Part shown: piece by piece, positions 23,051-36,100 of the stretch | Layout: each line of letters opens with the position of its first letter | How positions within the stretch are numbered: position 1 is the first letter of the stretch | Assembly: GCA_963845755.1 (NCBI GenBank) | Contig: CAWJTV010000041.1 | Coordinates: 416,001-480,000 of the forward strand | Direction: 5' to 3' | DNA length: 64,000 nucleotides | Source of the DNA: an uncultured Planctomycetota bacterium | GTDB lineage: Bacteria; Planctomycetota; Planctomycetia; Isosphaerales; Isosphaeraceae | Notes under the pieces: generated by a model | Databases searched by the model: none | Told to the model about the DNA's origin: nothing | The model's input: the letters and a program-made list of their open reading frames with translations, nothing else | Made by a program: the position numbers and the translations under genes

Positions 23051-23540
23051 TGCCGCGTCTTCAGAGTCGGATTGACCTGGACGGGGCGATCATCGCTGTT
23101 CGAATCGAACTGGGAACAACCGCGGAGGCATTTCTTCGCGCGGCGGGCCGGTCCGTCCCGCCACCATTTCCGACCACGGCTCTGATCGACACAGGGGCGT
23201 CGCATACCGTGGTCCACCCGATGATTCTCGATCACTTCGGGGCCCCTATAGCGCGCGAGGTTGGGTGAGCGTGCCGGGCCAGCCTGAGGCGATTCTGAAT
23301 CATTATGATGTGAGAATCATCCTAGGAGTCCACCGTCCCGCGTTCGAAGCTCAGGCCGTCAAGCTCGCGCCGGCGACTCACACCGTAGCGGTCCTCATCG
23401 GCCGTGATATTCTGAAACAGGGAACCCTCCTGTTCGACGGCCAGAACGAAACCTTAAGCTTCTGGTTCCGATGGCGAACATGGAAGAAGAGGATCGAGGT
23501 CTTGCAACTACCCCCTGAACCGAGTGAGCGATCACCATGA
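23050..23540 (+). CDS. Retropepsin-like (clan AA) aspartyl protease, frameshift near 23260
   Basis: ALIDTGASHTVV catalytic motif and VLIGRDIL motif in consecutive frames. Confidence 0.8.
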
Positions 23541-25349
23541 CAGATTGGATTCGTCGTGCGATGTTGCCGATCCTGTTGTGGGCCGTCTTGCCGGCGGCCG
23601 TGGCCCGCGCAGGCCGACTCAAAAGACTGGCCGATGTACAACCGCGACGTGCTCGGCACGCGGTACAACCCGGGCGAGACGGCGATCGGCCGAGATAACG
23701 CCGGCCGGCTCGAGGAGAAATGGCGGTTCCCGGCGAAGGGCTCGGACCTGGAAATCGGGGTCATCCATGCCACGCCGACGGTGGTGGATGGCTATGTCTA
23801 TTTCGGTACGGCCACGGATCCCACCTTCTACAAGTTGTCGCCCGACGGAAAAGTGCGCTGGTCGTATCGCAATCCGGCCCGGGCGAAGAGGACCGCCCAG
23901 TCCAAGGCGGCGGGACCGTCGGGGCCGTCGCACGACTTCCGCTTCCAGTCCTCCGCCGAGGGGATCATGATCTCCGCGCTGGTCACCGAGGACTCGGTCT
24001 ATTTCGGCGACCTCGGGGGCTGGTTCTATGCACTGGACCGCGCGACGGGAGCCGAGCGATGGAAGATCAACGCGCGCGGCAAGGAGTTTCCCGGCGCCCA
24101 TCCGATCAACCTCTTCTTCGCCTCGCCGATCCTGGTCGACGGCAAGATCATCACCGGCGGCGGGGCGCTGGAGCAACTCTTATCCGGCGGGGTCTTCTAT
24201 CGCGGCTCGACCGGCCGGGGATTCATCCTGGCCCTGGAGCCCAAGACCGGCAAGATCGCATGGAAGTACGACCTCGGCCCCAAGCCCGAGCCCTTCGATC
24301 CACCCGTCGTGATCAAGGATAGCTGGGGCAACCACACGTTCTACTTCGGACCGGCGACGAGCTCGATCTGGAGCACCCCCTCTTACGACGCGGAATCGGG
24401 CACGATCTTCTTCGGCACCGATGTGAATACCGCTCCCCGGCGGCCGACCGCTGACGACCCCAACCTGCATACGCGCGAGTCGTGCGCCGTGGTCGCGCTG
24501 GACGTTCAGACCGGGAAAGAGCGATGGGTCACCCAGATCAACCCCGGCGACGTCTGGACGAACTCGATGCGGGCTTATGACCCCAAGGAAGGCCGTTACA
24601 AGGACAACTCGATCGGAGACACGCCCAAGATTTACACGATCACGGTGGACGGCCAGCCGGTCAAGGTGGTCGGAGTGGGGTGCAAGAACGGCGGATTTTA
24701 CGTGCTGAGAGCTTCCGACGGTCGCCTCGTGGATCACACGCCGATCTACAGCGGCCCGCCATCGTATCCCCTCTCGCCAACCCCGGACCGGCGGATGCTC
24801 GCCCCGCCGAGCTGTATCGGCGGACTCCAGACGGGCTGTGCCACCGACGGCAAGACGATCTTCACCAACGGCATCGAGGCGCTCCAGTTGATGACGTCGG
24901 AGCGGCCGGTCGGCGGCGGAGTGCCGCCGACGGGCGGGCGGGTGGTCGCCATCAGCCTGGACACGCGAACCGAACGCTGGCGGCACGAGCGGCCCAAGGT
25001 CGCCTCGCTCGGCGGCCCGCCGCCGAAACCGGTCTACACCAACGTGGGCGACCCGGTCGCCTCCGGGATCGCGGTCGCCAACGGGGTCGTCTACTTCACA
25101 ACCGTCGCCAGCGGGAAGCTGGTCGCGCTCGACGCCGCCACCGGCTCGCTCCTCAAGGAGCTCGACCTCGGACCAGTCTGGTCGGGCCCCTCGGTCTCGC
25201 GCGGTCGCGTCTACGTCGGCACGGGCAATACCTTGTTCACGCCTTCCGATGGTGAGGCGTTCTTCCCCAAGAAGTTCACGGGTGTCCTGTACTCGTTCGG
25301 CCTGCCGGGCGAGGATGAGGTTAGCCGTCTGGGTGCCGGGAAGGAGTGA
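23537..25349 (+). CDS. PQQ-binding-like beta-propeller protein (frameshift in signal region)
   Basis: DWPMYNRD, repeated YALD..TG.ERW blades, SGIAVANGVVYF, SGPSVSRGRVYVG. Confidence 0.85.
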
Positions 25350-25468
25350 TTGAGGGACTCAAATCCCCCATCCTGCGCGCCACCTGGCCGATTCCTCGGG
25401 TCGATGAAACCGGCTCGGTCACGATGGCCTCCATTGCGATCGCACCTTGCTATCGATCCTCGAGGGCT

Positions 25469-26015
25469 TCAGCCGAGTCGATCGAGGTGCTTGAGGGCCT
25501 CGCGCCACATCTGGGTCGAACTCGTCCGGGGAGTCCCTGGCGGGGTTCACCAGGCGATCGAAGAACTGGGCGAGGGTGAGGTGGCCCGTCGAGCCGGGCC
25601 ACGAGCCGTCGTAGGCCAGAGCGGTATTGTCGGCATCCCAGAGATCGCCGCCATCGGAGTCGTACAGGAGCACGGCGTCTCGGTCGGCGTCCCAGATGAG
25701 GGTGTGGCCATATTCATTGTGGCCGAGCACAAGCCAGAGGCCCTTCTGTGGCAGCTCTTCGGAGCCCATCGACTCAAGCCAGTCTGCGGTCGCCGCGGTC
25801 TCGGCCGCCAGCTCGTCGCACGATAGGAATGAGTAAGCCCCGATCCGGCCACCATCGCAGGCCGCGTAGAAATCCTGGAGGTGCGGACTCGTGGGCAGAC
25901 CTGCCGGCCAGGGGTCGCCGGAGGGCGGGTTGGCCTCGAAGCAATCGCGGTAAGGTTCGGGGAGCGTCGGGCCGTGGTTCCGCAACGTCTCGATGGTCGA
26001 TCGCAAGGAACGCAT
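25469..26015 (-). CDS. SMI1/KNR4 (SUKH)-like putative immunity protein (frameshift near 3' end)
   Basis: LPTSPHLQDFYAACDGG, TLAQFFDRL; probable true end MWREALKHLDRLG*. Confidence 0.55.
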
Positions 26016-26242
26016 CGATCTGGTCTCCTCGAGGCGAGTTCCGAGTGGACGTGTGACGTGGCTCATCAAAGAACCGGCTGCCCGGTTCTTTCACACCAAG
26101 GTTACATCGGCCACGATTCGCAATCCATCCTCTCGGCAGGCTCTTCGTCGCTGATCTGAAACTTTCAGGCTGTTCTAGGGTTCCATTGGTGGAGAGTTCG
26201 CGTTCGGGGGTGTCAGGTTGTCTCCTTGTGTGGAGTCCTTTC

Positions 26243-27780
26243 ATGAGGCGTCTTGTCGGCATCCTGTCGGTATGGTGGTTGCTGGGCCCGGGCGTGGTCC
26301 GGGCGGAAGTGCCGACGTATAACAAGGATATCGCGCCGATCCTCTGGAAGAACTGTGCCGGCTGCCACCGGCCCGGCGAGATCGGACCGTTCTCACTCTT
26401 GACCTACCGGGACGCCGCCAAGCGGGCGAGCTTCCTCGCCGAGATCACCGAAAGCCGTCGGATGCCGCCCTGGAAGCCCGAGCCGGGCTTCGGCGCGTTC
26501 CACGACGAGCGGCGCTTGAGCGATCAGGAGATTCGGAAGATTGCCGACTGGGTCGAGGCCGATTCCCCCGAAGGCGATGCGAAGGATTTGCCCCCTGCTC
26601 CCAAGTTCCCGGACGGCTGGCAACTCGGCACGCCCGACCTGGTGCTCAAGGTTCCCGAACCATTTCGTATCCCGGCTGGTGGCCGTGACATCTACCGATG
26701 CTTCGTGATCCCGATCCCGACCGATTCGAACCGCACGGTCGCTGCCGTCGAGTTCCGCCCGGGGAACCGGAGGGTTGTGCATCATGCCCTGCTCTTCCTC
26801 GACAATACCGGCGCCGCCCGAGCGAAGGATGAGGCCGAATCCGGCCCCGGCTATGCGAGTTTCGGCGGTCCCGGCATCGTGCCGACCGGCGGTCTCGGCG
26901 GCTGGGCACCTGGCGCGATGCCCCGGCTCCTCCCCGACGGTATCGGCAGGTTCCTCCGCAAGGGGAGCGACCTAGTCCTTCAGATTCATTACCACCCCGA
27001 CGGCAAGCCCGAGACCGACCAGTCGGTCGTCGGCGTCTATTTCACCAAGACGCCGGCTCGTACGATCGTCGTCGGCATCGCCGTGCGGACCCGAGATCTC
27101 GATATCCCGGCCGGAGAGCCGCGCTATCATGTCACCGCGCAAAGTGAGCCGCTGCCGGCCGAAGTCCGGGCCATCGGCATCACGCCGCACATGCACTACA
27201 TCGGCAAGGAGATGAAGGTGGTCGCCCAGGCACCCGACGGCAAGACCATTCCACTGATCTGGATCAAGGACTGGGACTTCAACTGGCAGGGCCAGTACCA
27301 GTTCCAAACGCCCGTCCGGTTGGCCAAAGGGTCGGTCATCAAGCTGGACGCTTATTACGATAACTCCCCGGACAACCCCCGGAACCCCAGTCGCCCGCCG
27401 AAGCGCGTCCGCTGGGGCGAGCAGACGACCGACGAGATGTGCCTGCTGGGCGTCCAGGTGGTGACCGACAGCCTGGCCGACCTACGCAAGATCATCGCGA
27501 TGCGCGGCAATCGCCTGGGAGCGGCCCTCGTCGGAGGTGCCGGAGCCGACGAGGAAGCCGCCACGCGTCTGACGCCCGCTGCCCGGCACGACTCGCCGCC
27601 GGACCCGTCCCGATCCCCGAGCGATTCAAGGGCGCGCTGGGCCGGTTCGACAAGAACGTGGACGGCAAGCTCTCTCGAGAGGAGATCGACGCCATGCCCG
27701 AGGGCCTCCGCAATCGTGTCCGCCAGGCCATCCAGCGCCGCATCGGGGACGATGGAGGCAGGCCGGGATCAAATCCTTAG
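26243..27780 (+). CDS. Cytochrome c (CxxCH) + copper type II ascorbate-dependent monooxygenase-like protein with C-terminal EF-hand (frameshift near 27580)
   Basis: CAGCHRPG, VVHHAL, PHMH, TTDEMC; DKNVDGKLSREE in the downstream frame. Confidence 0.75.
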
Positions 27781-27793
27781 GGCGAGATCGCTA

Positions 27794-29882
27794 TCATTTC
27801 AGCTCGTTCCAGAGGAACGTATATGCCAGCGCTTCCATGAACGCTTCCTGCTTGTTGTCGGCGGCGGCGGCGTGGCCGCCCTCGATGTTCTCGTAGTAGA
27901 TCACGTCGTGGCCCTGCTCCTTCATCTTGGCGACCATCTTGCGCGCGTGGCCTGGATGGACGCGGTCGTCTCGGGTCGAGGTCGTGAAGAGCGTGCGGGG
28001 ATACTTCGTTAACTTCGCGACGTTGTGATAGGGTGAAAACGTGCGGATGAAGGTCCACTCTTCGGGAATGTCGGGGTTGCCGTATTCGCCCATCCAGCTC
28101 GCTCCGGCGAGGAGATGGTTGTACCGTTTCATGTCGAGCAAGGGAGAACCGCAGACGATCGCACCGAAGAGGTCGGGCCGACGGGTGAGCATGTTGCCCA
28201 TCAGCAGGCCGCCATTGCTCCGGCCGGTGGCGCCCAGGTGGGAGGGCGTGGTCACCTTGCAGCGGATGAGGTCCTCGCCAACGGCGATGAAGTCCTCGTA
28301 GGCCTTGTGCCGGTTCGCCTTGAGCGCCGCGCGGTGCCATTTCGGGCCGAACTCGCCGCCGCCGCGGATGTTGGCGACGACGTACACGCCCCCCTTCTCC
28401 AGCCATGCGGTGCCGATGGTCGGTCGATAGGCGGGACGCATGGGGATCTCGAAACCGCCGTAGCCGTAGAGCAAGGTCGGGTTCTTGCCGTCGAGGGCGA
28501 GGTCCTTGCGCGCGACCTGGAAATAAGGGATCTTGGTCCCGTCCTGTGAGACGGCTTCGTGCTGCGAGACGGCCAGGCCTTCGGCGTTGAAGAGCGCGGG
28601 GAGCTGCTTGAGCTGCACGGACGGATGGCCGCCCGCTCTGCCGATCGCCAGGGTATTGGGGGTCAGGAAATCGGCGGTCTCCAGGAAATAATCGTCGGAG
28701 TCTTCCGGATCGACCGCATGGGCGGCGGCCTCGCCGAACTCGGCCAGGCCCGGTAGCGGCTCTCGGACCCATCGGCCGTCGCGATGCGTCAAGACCTCGA
28801 TGCGGCTCCGCACGTTGTCCAGCTCGTTAAGCAGGATATGATGACGCGTCGGGCTGTACCGGGCGAGCGACTTCCGCTCGGTCGGCTCGAACAGGATGTC
28901 GAACGCGCGGTCTCCCTTGAGGAACGCCTCGAGGTTGATCGCAATGAGCCCACCGGCGGGATACGTCTTGCCACCGACGGTCCAATCCGATCGCAGATGG
29001 AGCAGCAGCCACTCACGATGCAGGCCGAACCGGGCGTCATCGGGCTTCTCGATCTTCACGAGCTTCCCATCGCGCCGGAGGAAACACTCGGAGGTCCAGA
29101 AGGTCGGCGTGCGGACGACGACGTCGCGCTCGAACCCGGGCGTGAGGTCGCGGTGGGCCGAGACGCCCATGTCGGTGGGCCGGCCCTCGAAGACGACGGT
29201 CGCCTCGGCCAGCGGCGTTCCCCGGCTCCACTCCTTGACGATCCGCGGATAGCCGGACTCCGTCAGCGAGCCCGGCCCGAAGTCGGTGCCCACGAAGACA
29301 CTGTTATCCCTGCGCCAGGCGAGCCGGCTCTTGGCCTCGGGAAGCGTGTAACCATCCTTGACGAACGACTTGGTCTCGAGGTTGAACTCGCGGACCACGG
29401 CCGCATCGGCGCCGCCGCGCGAGAGCGAGACCAGGGCGACCTTGTACTCGGGCCGCAGCGCTTCGGGCGCCGTGCCAGACCCAGTTCTCCCCTTCCCGAC
29501 CGGACAGTGCATCCAGGTCCAGCACGAGTTCCCAGTTGGGCTTGTCCTTGCGGTATTCCTCCAGCGAGGTTCGCCGCCAGAGGCCTCGCGGGTTCTTCGC
29601 ATCTCGCCAGAAGTTGTAATAGAATCTGCCCTGCTTGCCGATGGCCGGAATCCGTGCATCGGAGTCGAGGATCTCCCGGAGCCGGTGTTCCAGGGCACGG
29701 AACCGGTCGGACTGGGCGAGCTCGCCAGTACTCTCGATGTTCCGCTCCTTGACCCAGGCCAGAGGCTTGGCGCCGGCGACCTCTTCCAGCCACTGATAGG
29801 GGTCGTCGCGCCCATCACCGGTATCCGATGCGAAGGAGCCCAGCAGGGTTGCCAGGGCCCAGGGCAGCAGTAGGACAGTCAT
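27794..29882 (-). CDS. Prolyl oligopeptidase (S9A), frameshift near 29470
   Basis: DDPYQWLEE, YGYGGFE, NIRGGGEFG, GRSNGGLL, DDRVHPGH, EGGH. Confidence 0.95.
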
Positions 29883-30074
29883 CGTAATCTCCTCGAAGCC
29901 GACGCGGGTTGTCTCATGGCTGACGGAATCGTCCGTGAGCCAGTGGATGTCAGTTATAACGCAATTCCCGTAGAATGGTAGGATGTTGGCGATACCCCGA
30001 GGTCATGGCGCAAGAGACGGCGGCCGATGCCCCCGAACCGCGGTGAGCGGGGTGACCTCCGGAGCCGGCAAGCC

Positions 30075-31016
30075 ATGGAAACGAGCTGCGTCAACTTTTC
30101 TCGGGATTATGTCGGATCGCCCTGTATCGTCGCGCTGGATCATGAACATTGCGTGGTCGCCGATGCGACCGGCCACCTCACGGTCATCAACCTGATCACG
30201 AAGGGCATCCTCTCCCGCACGTTCGTGGGGATCGCGGGAGGCCACACCTCATGCCATCTCCGCTCATTGCGTGCCGGGCCGCGGGGATCGAGGACGGTCG
30301 CGGTCGCCACGCGGGGCGGATATGCGGCGGTCGTGAACTTCGGCCGTCAGGTCGTGGAGAAGATCTATCCGCAACAGGGTGGCTCGGTCAATGCGGTGGC
30401 CCTTTCACCGGATGGCCAGCTCCTGGCCATTGGCACGGGCCATTATCCTCCGTCGGGCGACTCACCGCCGTCCCGTCTGGAGCTCTGGGTCCTCCCGGCC
30501 TGGGGCGAGCCGCAGTACCGGTCCTTCGCGGCGTTGCCGGGCGTTTGCATCGATGCGATCGCCTGGAGCCGTGATGGCTATCTGATCGCCTGTGCAAACG
30601 GCCTGCGTTCGCAGAAGGGCGGCACCCTCGCACAATTCGATGCGTCACAACTTCGTCCGGTCTCGTTCTTCGACACCGCGTGGTGCCAGTCGGGGCGACT
30701 CGACTATCTGAACCGGGGATCGCCGAACAGCCACCTGGCCGTCGTATTTCGCGGCGGGTTTCGCGTCCTCGATGCCTGGGATGGGAAGGAAGCCTGGCGG
30801 GTGGATTCCACCGAAGTGCCCGACCTACTCCAGGACTTTGATCATGATCCGGAGAACCAGGAGCTCGTGCTGACCAGCGGCGTGATTCTCGACACATTCG
30901 ACGGCACGCAGAAGAAGCACTTCCTCGCGATGAAGGACTGCACGTCGATCGCCATCCGGCCGGGAGCGGGATACCTCGGCGCATCGAACCGCGGCCGAGT
31001 CTACTGCTGGGACTGA
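30075..31016 (+). CDS. WD40-like beta-propeller protein
   Basis: SVNAVALSPDGQLLAIG, IAWSRDG, GRVYCWD. Confidence 0.65.
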   Translation: METSCVNFSRDYVGSPCIVALDHEHCVVADATGHLTVINLITKGILSRTFVGIAGGHTSCHLRSLRAGPRGSRTVAVATRGGYAAVVNFGRQVVEKIYPQQGGSVNAVALSPDGQLLAIGTGHYPPSGDSPPSRLELWVLPAWGEPQYRSFAALPGVCIDAIAWSRDGYLIACANGLRSQKGGTLAQFDASQLRPVSFFDTAWCQSGRLDYLNRGSPNSHLAVVFRGGFRVLDAWDGKEAWRVDSTEVPDLLQDFDHDPENQELVLTSGVILDTFDGTQKKHFLAMKDCTSIAIRPGAGYLGASNRGRVYCWD

Positions 31017-31124
31017 AATGGCTCGCTCGGGACCGACGATTGCAGGGTGCTTTGTGAGCACCGGTCGTTCTCGACACGAGGATTCGGTGCTCGGAGAGCA
31101 TCCTACAAGTTGCCCAGAAGCGGG

Positions 31125-31775
31125 TTATAGTTTCAGATGTTCGAGAAGTCCTTCGGCGGGCTCGAAGCCCGAGATGTAAGCCGCGCCGCCGACCCATTCG
31201 CCGAAGGGCCGGCGATGGCCCACGGCGATGACGCGCAGGCCCGCGTTGCGGGCCGACGACAGTCCGGGAGGCGAATCCTCGACCGCCACTACCGACCGGG
31301 CCGAGAGGCGGAGCCGCTTCAGGGCCAGTAGATACGCCTCAGGAGCCGGCTTCTGCGCCGTGACGTCCTCCTTGCCCACGATCGTCTCGAACGCATCCGC
31401 CAGGCCGGTTGATTCGAGGACAACCTGGATGTTCTCACGCCACGTGCCCGAGACGACCGCCAGGCGCACCTTGGCCCGGAGCGATCGGACCAGGGCGGCC
31501 ACCCCAGGGTAGAGTCGCGGCGAGTATCCTAGCAGCTCCCGGGTGAGGAGCTGCTTGCGGCGGACCCATTCGTTGACCTGATCGACGGGCATGCCGCGCA
31601 GCGTGAACAGGTCGGACAGGAACTCGCGGTCGTCGACTTCCGCCGCGCGCGCCGCGATCTCGTCGGGAACCAGCCATCCCATGGCGGCGAGGGTCCGCTG
31701 CCAGGCGGTGACATGATGGTTCTCGGTTTCCGCGATCACCCCATCGAAATCGAAGAGGACGGCTTTCAAGGGCAT
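31125..31775 (-). CDS. HAD-superfamily hydrolase (beta-PGM/CbbY-like)
   Basis: FDFDGVI, VVSG, KPAPEAY, VEDSPPG. Confidence 0.9.
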   Translation of the reverse strand: MPLKAVLFDFDGVIAETENHHVTAWQRTLAAMGWLVPDEIAARAAEVDDREFLSDLFTLRGMPVDQVNEWVRRKQLLTRELLGYSPRLYPGVAALVRSLRAKVRLAVVSGTWRENIQVVLESTGLADAFETIVGKEDVTAQKPAPEAYLLALKRLRLSARSVVAVEDSPPGLSSARNAGLRVIAVGHRRPFGEWVGGAAYISGFEPAEGLLEHLKL

Positions 31776-32059
31776 GTGTCGTGAGCAACCCGCCAATCGG
31801 TGAGGCTGTCGTCTCTGAACCCGCCATTATCGTCGATCCCAAGTTGACCGTCAAATTATTGACAAGCCCCGTCGCCAACCCTATGTTCGCTTCCAAGGAA
31901 TCCGTTCGTTTCGACCGAGCAAACCCCGCCTCCGATCGGTGCTTCCCCCCTTCGACCGCCGTACCGGTTGGCCGCGGACGACCTCGGTTCACCACGTTGT
32001 TCGCCATCACGACACGAGTCCAGACCCATTGCCTTCGAAATCCCTCGGGAGACCGCAAC

Positions 32060-33064
32060 ATGGCACGCCCCGTAACGCTCTTCACCGGCCAGTGGGCCGA
32101 CCTGACGCTCGAAGTCATCGGCCAGAAGGCTAGCCAGTGGGGTTACGACGGCATCGAGCTTCCGTGCTGGGGCGATCACTTCAACGTCCAGAAGGCCCTG
32201 ACCGACCCGGGCTATTGCAAGGGACGTCACGATCTGCTCGGCAAGTACGGGTTGAAATGCTGGGCGATCTCGAATCACCTGACCGGCCAGCTCGTGCTGG
32301 ATCACAACGACTCCCGGACCGACGACTGGGTACCCGCCCAGGTCCGGGGCGACGCCAAGAAGAAGACGGAATGGGCCATCCAGGAGATGAAGGACACCGC
32401 CCGGGCCGCGCAGAAGCTGGGCGTCCCGGTGGTCAACGGCTTCACCGGCTCGTCGATCTGGCATCTCCTCTACTCCTTCCCACCCGTGGCCGATTCCACC
32501 ATCGAGGACGGCTTCAAGCTCTTCGCCGACCGCTGGAACCCGATCCTGGACGTCTTCAAGGAGTGCGGCGTGAAGTTCGCGCTGGAAGTCCATCCGACCG
32601 AGATCGCGTTCGACATCTACACCGCCGAGAAGGCCCTCAAGGCGATCAATCACCGGCCGGAGTTCGGCTTCAACTTCGACCCGAGCCACCTGCACTGGCA
32701 AATGGTCGACCCCGTCGAGTTCATCCGGGCGTTCCCCGACCGAATCTATCACGTGCACGTCAAGGACGCCGCGAGGACCCTCGACGGTCGTTCCGGCATC
32801 CTGGCCTCGCACCTGAACTTCGGCGACCCCCGCCGCGGTTGGGACTTCCGTTCGCCGGGCCGCGGCCAGGTCAACTTCGAGGAGATCGCCCGGGCACTCA
32901 ACCACATCGGCTATGACGGACCGCTCTCCGTCGAATGGGAAGACTGCGGCATGGACCGCGAATACGGCGCCGCCGAGGCCGCCCGGTTCGTCAAGGAGAA
33001 GATGGGCTTCAAGTCCGCCGGTCGGCTGTTCGACTCGGCGTTCTCCGAGGGCCAGGGGAAGTGA
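32060..33064 (+). CDS. Sugar phosphate isomerase/epimerase (xylose isomerase-like TIM barrel)
   Basis: [41 protein letters not shown]. Confidence 0.9.
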   Translation: MARPVTLFTGQWADLTLEVIGQKASQWGYDGIELPCWGDHFNVQKALTDPGYCKGRHDLLGKYGLKCWAISNHLTGQLVLDHNDSRTDDWVPAQVRGDAKKKTEWAIQEMKDTARAAQKLGVPVVNGFTGSSIWHLLYSFPPVADSTIEDGFKLFADRWNPILDVFKECGVKFALEVHPTEIAFDIYTAEKALKAINHRPEFGFNFDPSHLHWQMVDPVEFIRAFPDRIYHVHVKDAARTLDGRSGILASHLNFGDPRRGWDFRSPGRGQVNFEEIARALNHIGYDGPLSVEWEDCGMDREYGAAEAARFVKEKMGFKSAGRLFDSAFSEGQGK

Positions 33065-33114
33065 TTCAGGACAAATCCCTTGAGATCATAAAAGGTTAAT
33101 ATATAATTCCAAAA

Positions 33115-36100
33115 TCAATTCTTCGTAGATAAGGGCGTGATAACCAGCTCGATGGGAGGCGAGCTGTCCTCGGTGCCGGCGGACTCGGCCCTGCCGACGG
33201 CGTAGAACGGGCGGGTCATCGGCTGGACCCAGGGTTCGGCCAGGAGGAACACGCTCCGCTGGACCTGGGTCTCGGTGACGAGCACTCCGTTGAGGCCGAT
33301 GTCCAGGACCTTGACGCCCTGAGGCAGGTTCTTCACGTCGATGGGGACGCGTCCGGAGAACGGTGCGGAGCGGTCGACGGACAGGGTCATCGAGACGCGC
33401 TCGCCGGGGTGGATCACGACCCGGTTCGGCCGCGCCGAGACCCTCAGGTTCGATGCCGGCGTGACGGTGATCCAGCCGCCATTTGGGCCGGACGGGTCGA
33501 TCTCCTGGCGCATGCGGCGGGCTGTGGTGGGCCGTCGATACGGGGAGGACCTCCCGTGCCACAACACGCCAGGTCGGCGGCGAGAAGGCCGGAGCTGACG
33601 AGTCCGCGGTGAGGGCCAGGATCCCGGTCAGCTCATGGCCCTCGATCCGGACCGGCCTGGCGGTGATCCCCGGCGGCAATCCCTCGGCGACGATCTCGAC
33701 CGGCGAGTCGAAGCCATCGCGACGCATCAGGGTGAGGTTCACCAACTCCGTTCCCCGCGCGGGATGCTCGGATTCTCGGTGCCCAGGACGAGCTGAAACG
33801 AGGGGCGGGGTTTGCGCAGGACCAGGTGATAGGCATGATCGCCGCCTCCCAGGCCGCGGACGTCCTCGACGCGGACCCGGTATTCACCATCGGCCGGCGC
33901 GGAAAGTCACCCGCGAATCCTTGGAGAACCCAGGACCTCCATCGTCGTTCTGGTACCTCAGCGTGGTCGTCGGCACGCCGCTCGGCGGGAAGACGGCGCC
34001 GGGCTGGTGGATCTCGACCTTGTACATCGGCTGACCCATCGGATGGTGCTCGGGCGTCGTCTCGAACCAGCCCAGGCGTTGACCTTGCTGGCCCCAGAAG
34101 ACGCAATCGTCGTCAAGGTTGCGTGGGAGTGCCTGGATCCGCATCAGCTCGCGGCCGACCAGCAGATAGTCGTTGATCTCCAGGTTGTCCCAGTGAGTCA
34201 GCCGGATCGCCGGGCTGGTCGACTGGTGATCCCGGAACGCGACCTCGGTCTGATCCACCGGCCGGAGCACCGCCCGGGGGATCGGCTTGCCCTGGGCGTC
34301 GAGGACCGCGACGACCGAGTCGATTGATGAGCCGAGCCGGCGCCCGTAGACCTCGACGACGATCGCGTCCCCCTTCCTGGCCCGGAACCGATAGATGTCA
34401 ACGTCCCCATCATGGCCGATGCGCCCGGAGGCTCCGCCCGGAACCGTCAGCTCCTGGGCCTGGGACAGCGTATCGTTGGTCTCCTGCTCGACGATCTGGC
34501 GGCCGTCGGCCACGACAACGTTTCGTGTTGCGTACGGCCGCATACCGTCCGGCAACGTCACCGGCACGCTGAGAATCGTACCCGGACTCACGCCCGGCCC
34601 GACCGGCAGCGCGACCTCCCGGACCTTGTCGAGGTTCGCGCCGGTGACCTCGATCCGGGCGGTCGTGCCCGGCTCGACGCCCAGGGGGAAGGTCGAGAGC
34701 ACGACCGGGAGTTGACCGGCGGAGATTCGGTAGAAGTGGCCGCCGGAGCCGCCGAAATCGGCGTCGGCGACCCGGAGGATCACGGGTCCGTCGGCGCGAG
34801 TCGTATAGGTCAGGATCGGCTCCATGACGGCGGGTCCCGCGACGGACTGGGCCAGTTCGTGTCCCTGAACGTCGAGCAGGGTGAGGCTCGGACGGAGTTG
34901 CGAACCCAGCGACTTCGCCAGGTCCTGAAAGACCAGTTCCTGGCCGGCCTTGACCTCGAACCGGAAGTGGTCGAGGTCCATCATGCGGTCGATCGTGCCG
35001 ATCAGGGTTGCCGGCAACGCGATAGGCGAACCCTTGAGCGGATCGGGCTGGTCGTTCGGCTCATGCTCGGCGATCTCGGGGTCGGCGACGACGGCGAAGT
35101 TCTGGAAGCCCGGGACACCGAGCGGGGTCATCACGCTCAGGGCGTGCAGTCCGAGGCGAGCGTCGGGTGCAATGGCCAGCTCCACCTCGACGCGATTCGG
35201 ATCGGGCTTCGCGGGCGTCAGGATCGTGGCGGAGAGCCCGGCCTCGGGGATGATGACGGTGGTCGCCCGGCCGACACCGGTGCCGGTCATCGTGACCTTG
35301 ACCCGGCTGCCGCGCACGCCACTGCGCGGCTGGGGCGGGTTGATTGAGGCGTTGCGAATCAGGCCAGGTGCGGCTGCGGGCTTCGGCTTCGGGGGCTCAC
35401 GGAGCACGATGCTCGCCGCTGCCGACCGATTCGCCGTGTCCCATGAAGCGAGCGACCCATCGTATCGTCCCAACGCCAGCCGCTTGCCGTCCGGGCTGAA
35501 CACCAGTGCCTCGACCCAATCGGCCTGAGTCGGCAGTGACTCCAGGGGTGTCAACGTGTTGAGATCCCAGAGCCGGACCGTCCGATCCTCGGCGCTCGAG
35601 GCGAGCTGTTTGCCATCGGCGGAGACGGCCAGCCGGAGGACCGCGCCGTCACTGGCGAAAGCCGAACGCTCCAGCCGCGCGCCCCCGCCGTGACCCTCGA
35701 CGCGCCACATCCGGATCGACCGATCCACGCCGGCCGCCAGCACGTGCGAGCCGTCGGGCGAGAACGCCACCGCATAGAGCTCGCCGGTGGATTCCGACAG
35801 GGTCACCGTGCGACGGCCCGCGGCCCAGTCCCACAGCTTGACCGTCCGATCCGCGGCGCACGAGGCGAGCGTCTTGCCGTCGGGCGAGAACGCCAGGCCA
35901 TAGACCGCGTCGCTGTGATCCTTCAGCGGACGGACCACCTTGCCTGTCGTGAGGTCCCAGATGAGGACCTGCTTGTCATATCCGGCGGTTGCCAGCAGCT
36001 TGTGTCCTGGCGCGACCTCGGCGGCGAGGATCACGTCGGAATGCCCCGCCACATCGAGCCGCTTCTGCCGCTTCACGACATCCCAGACGATGATCGATCC

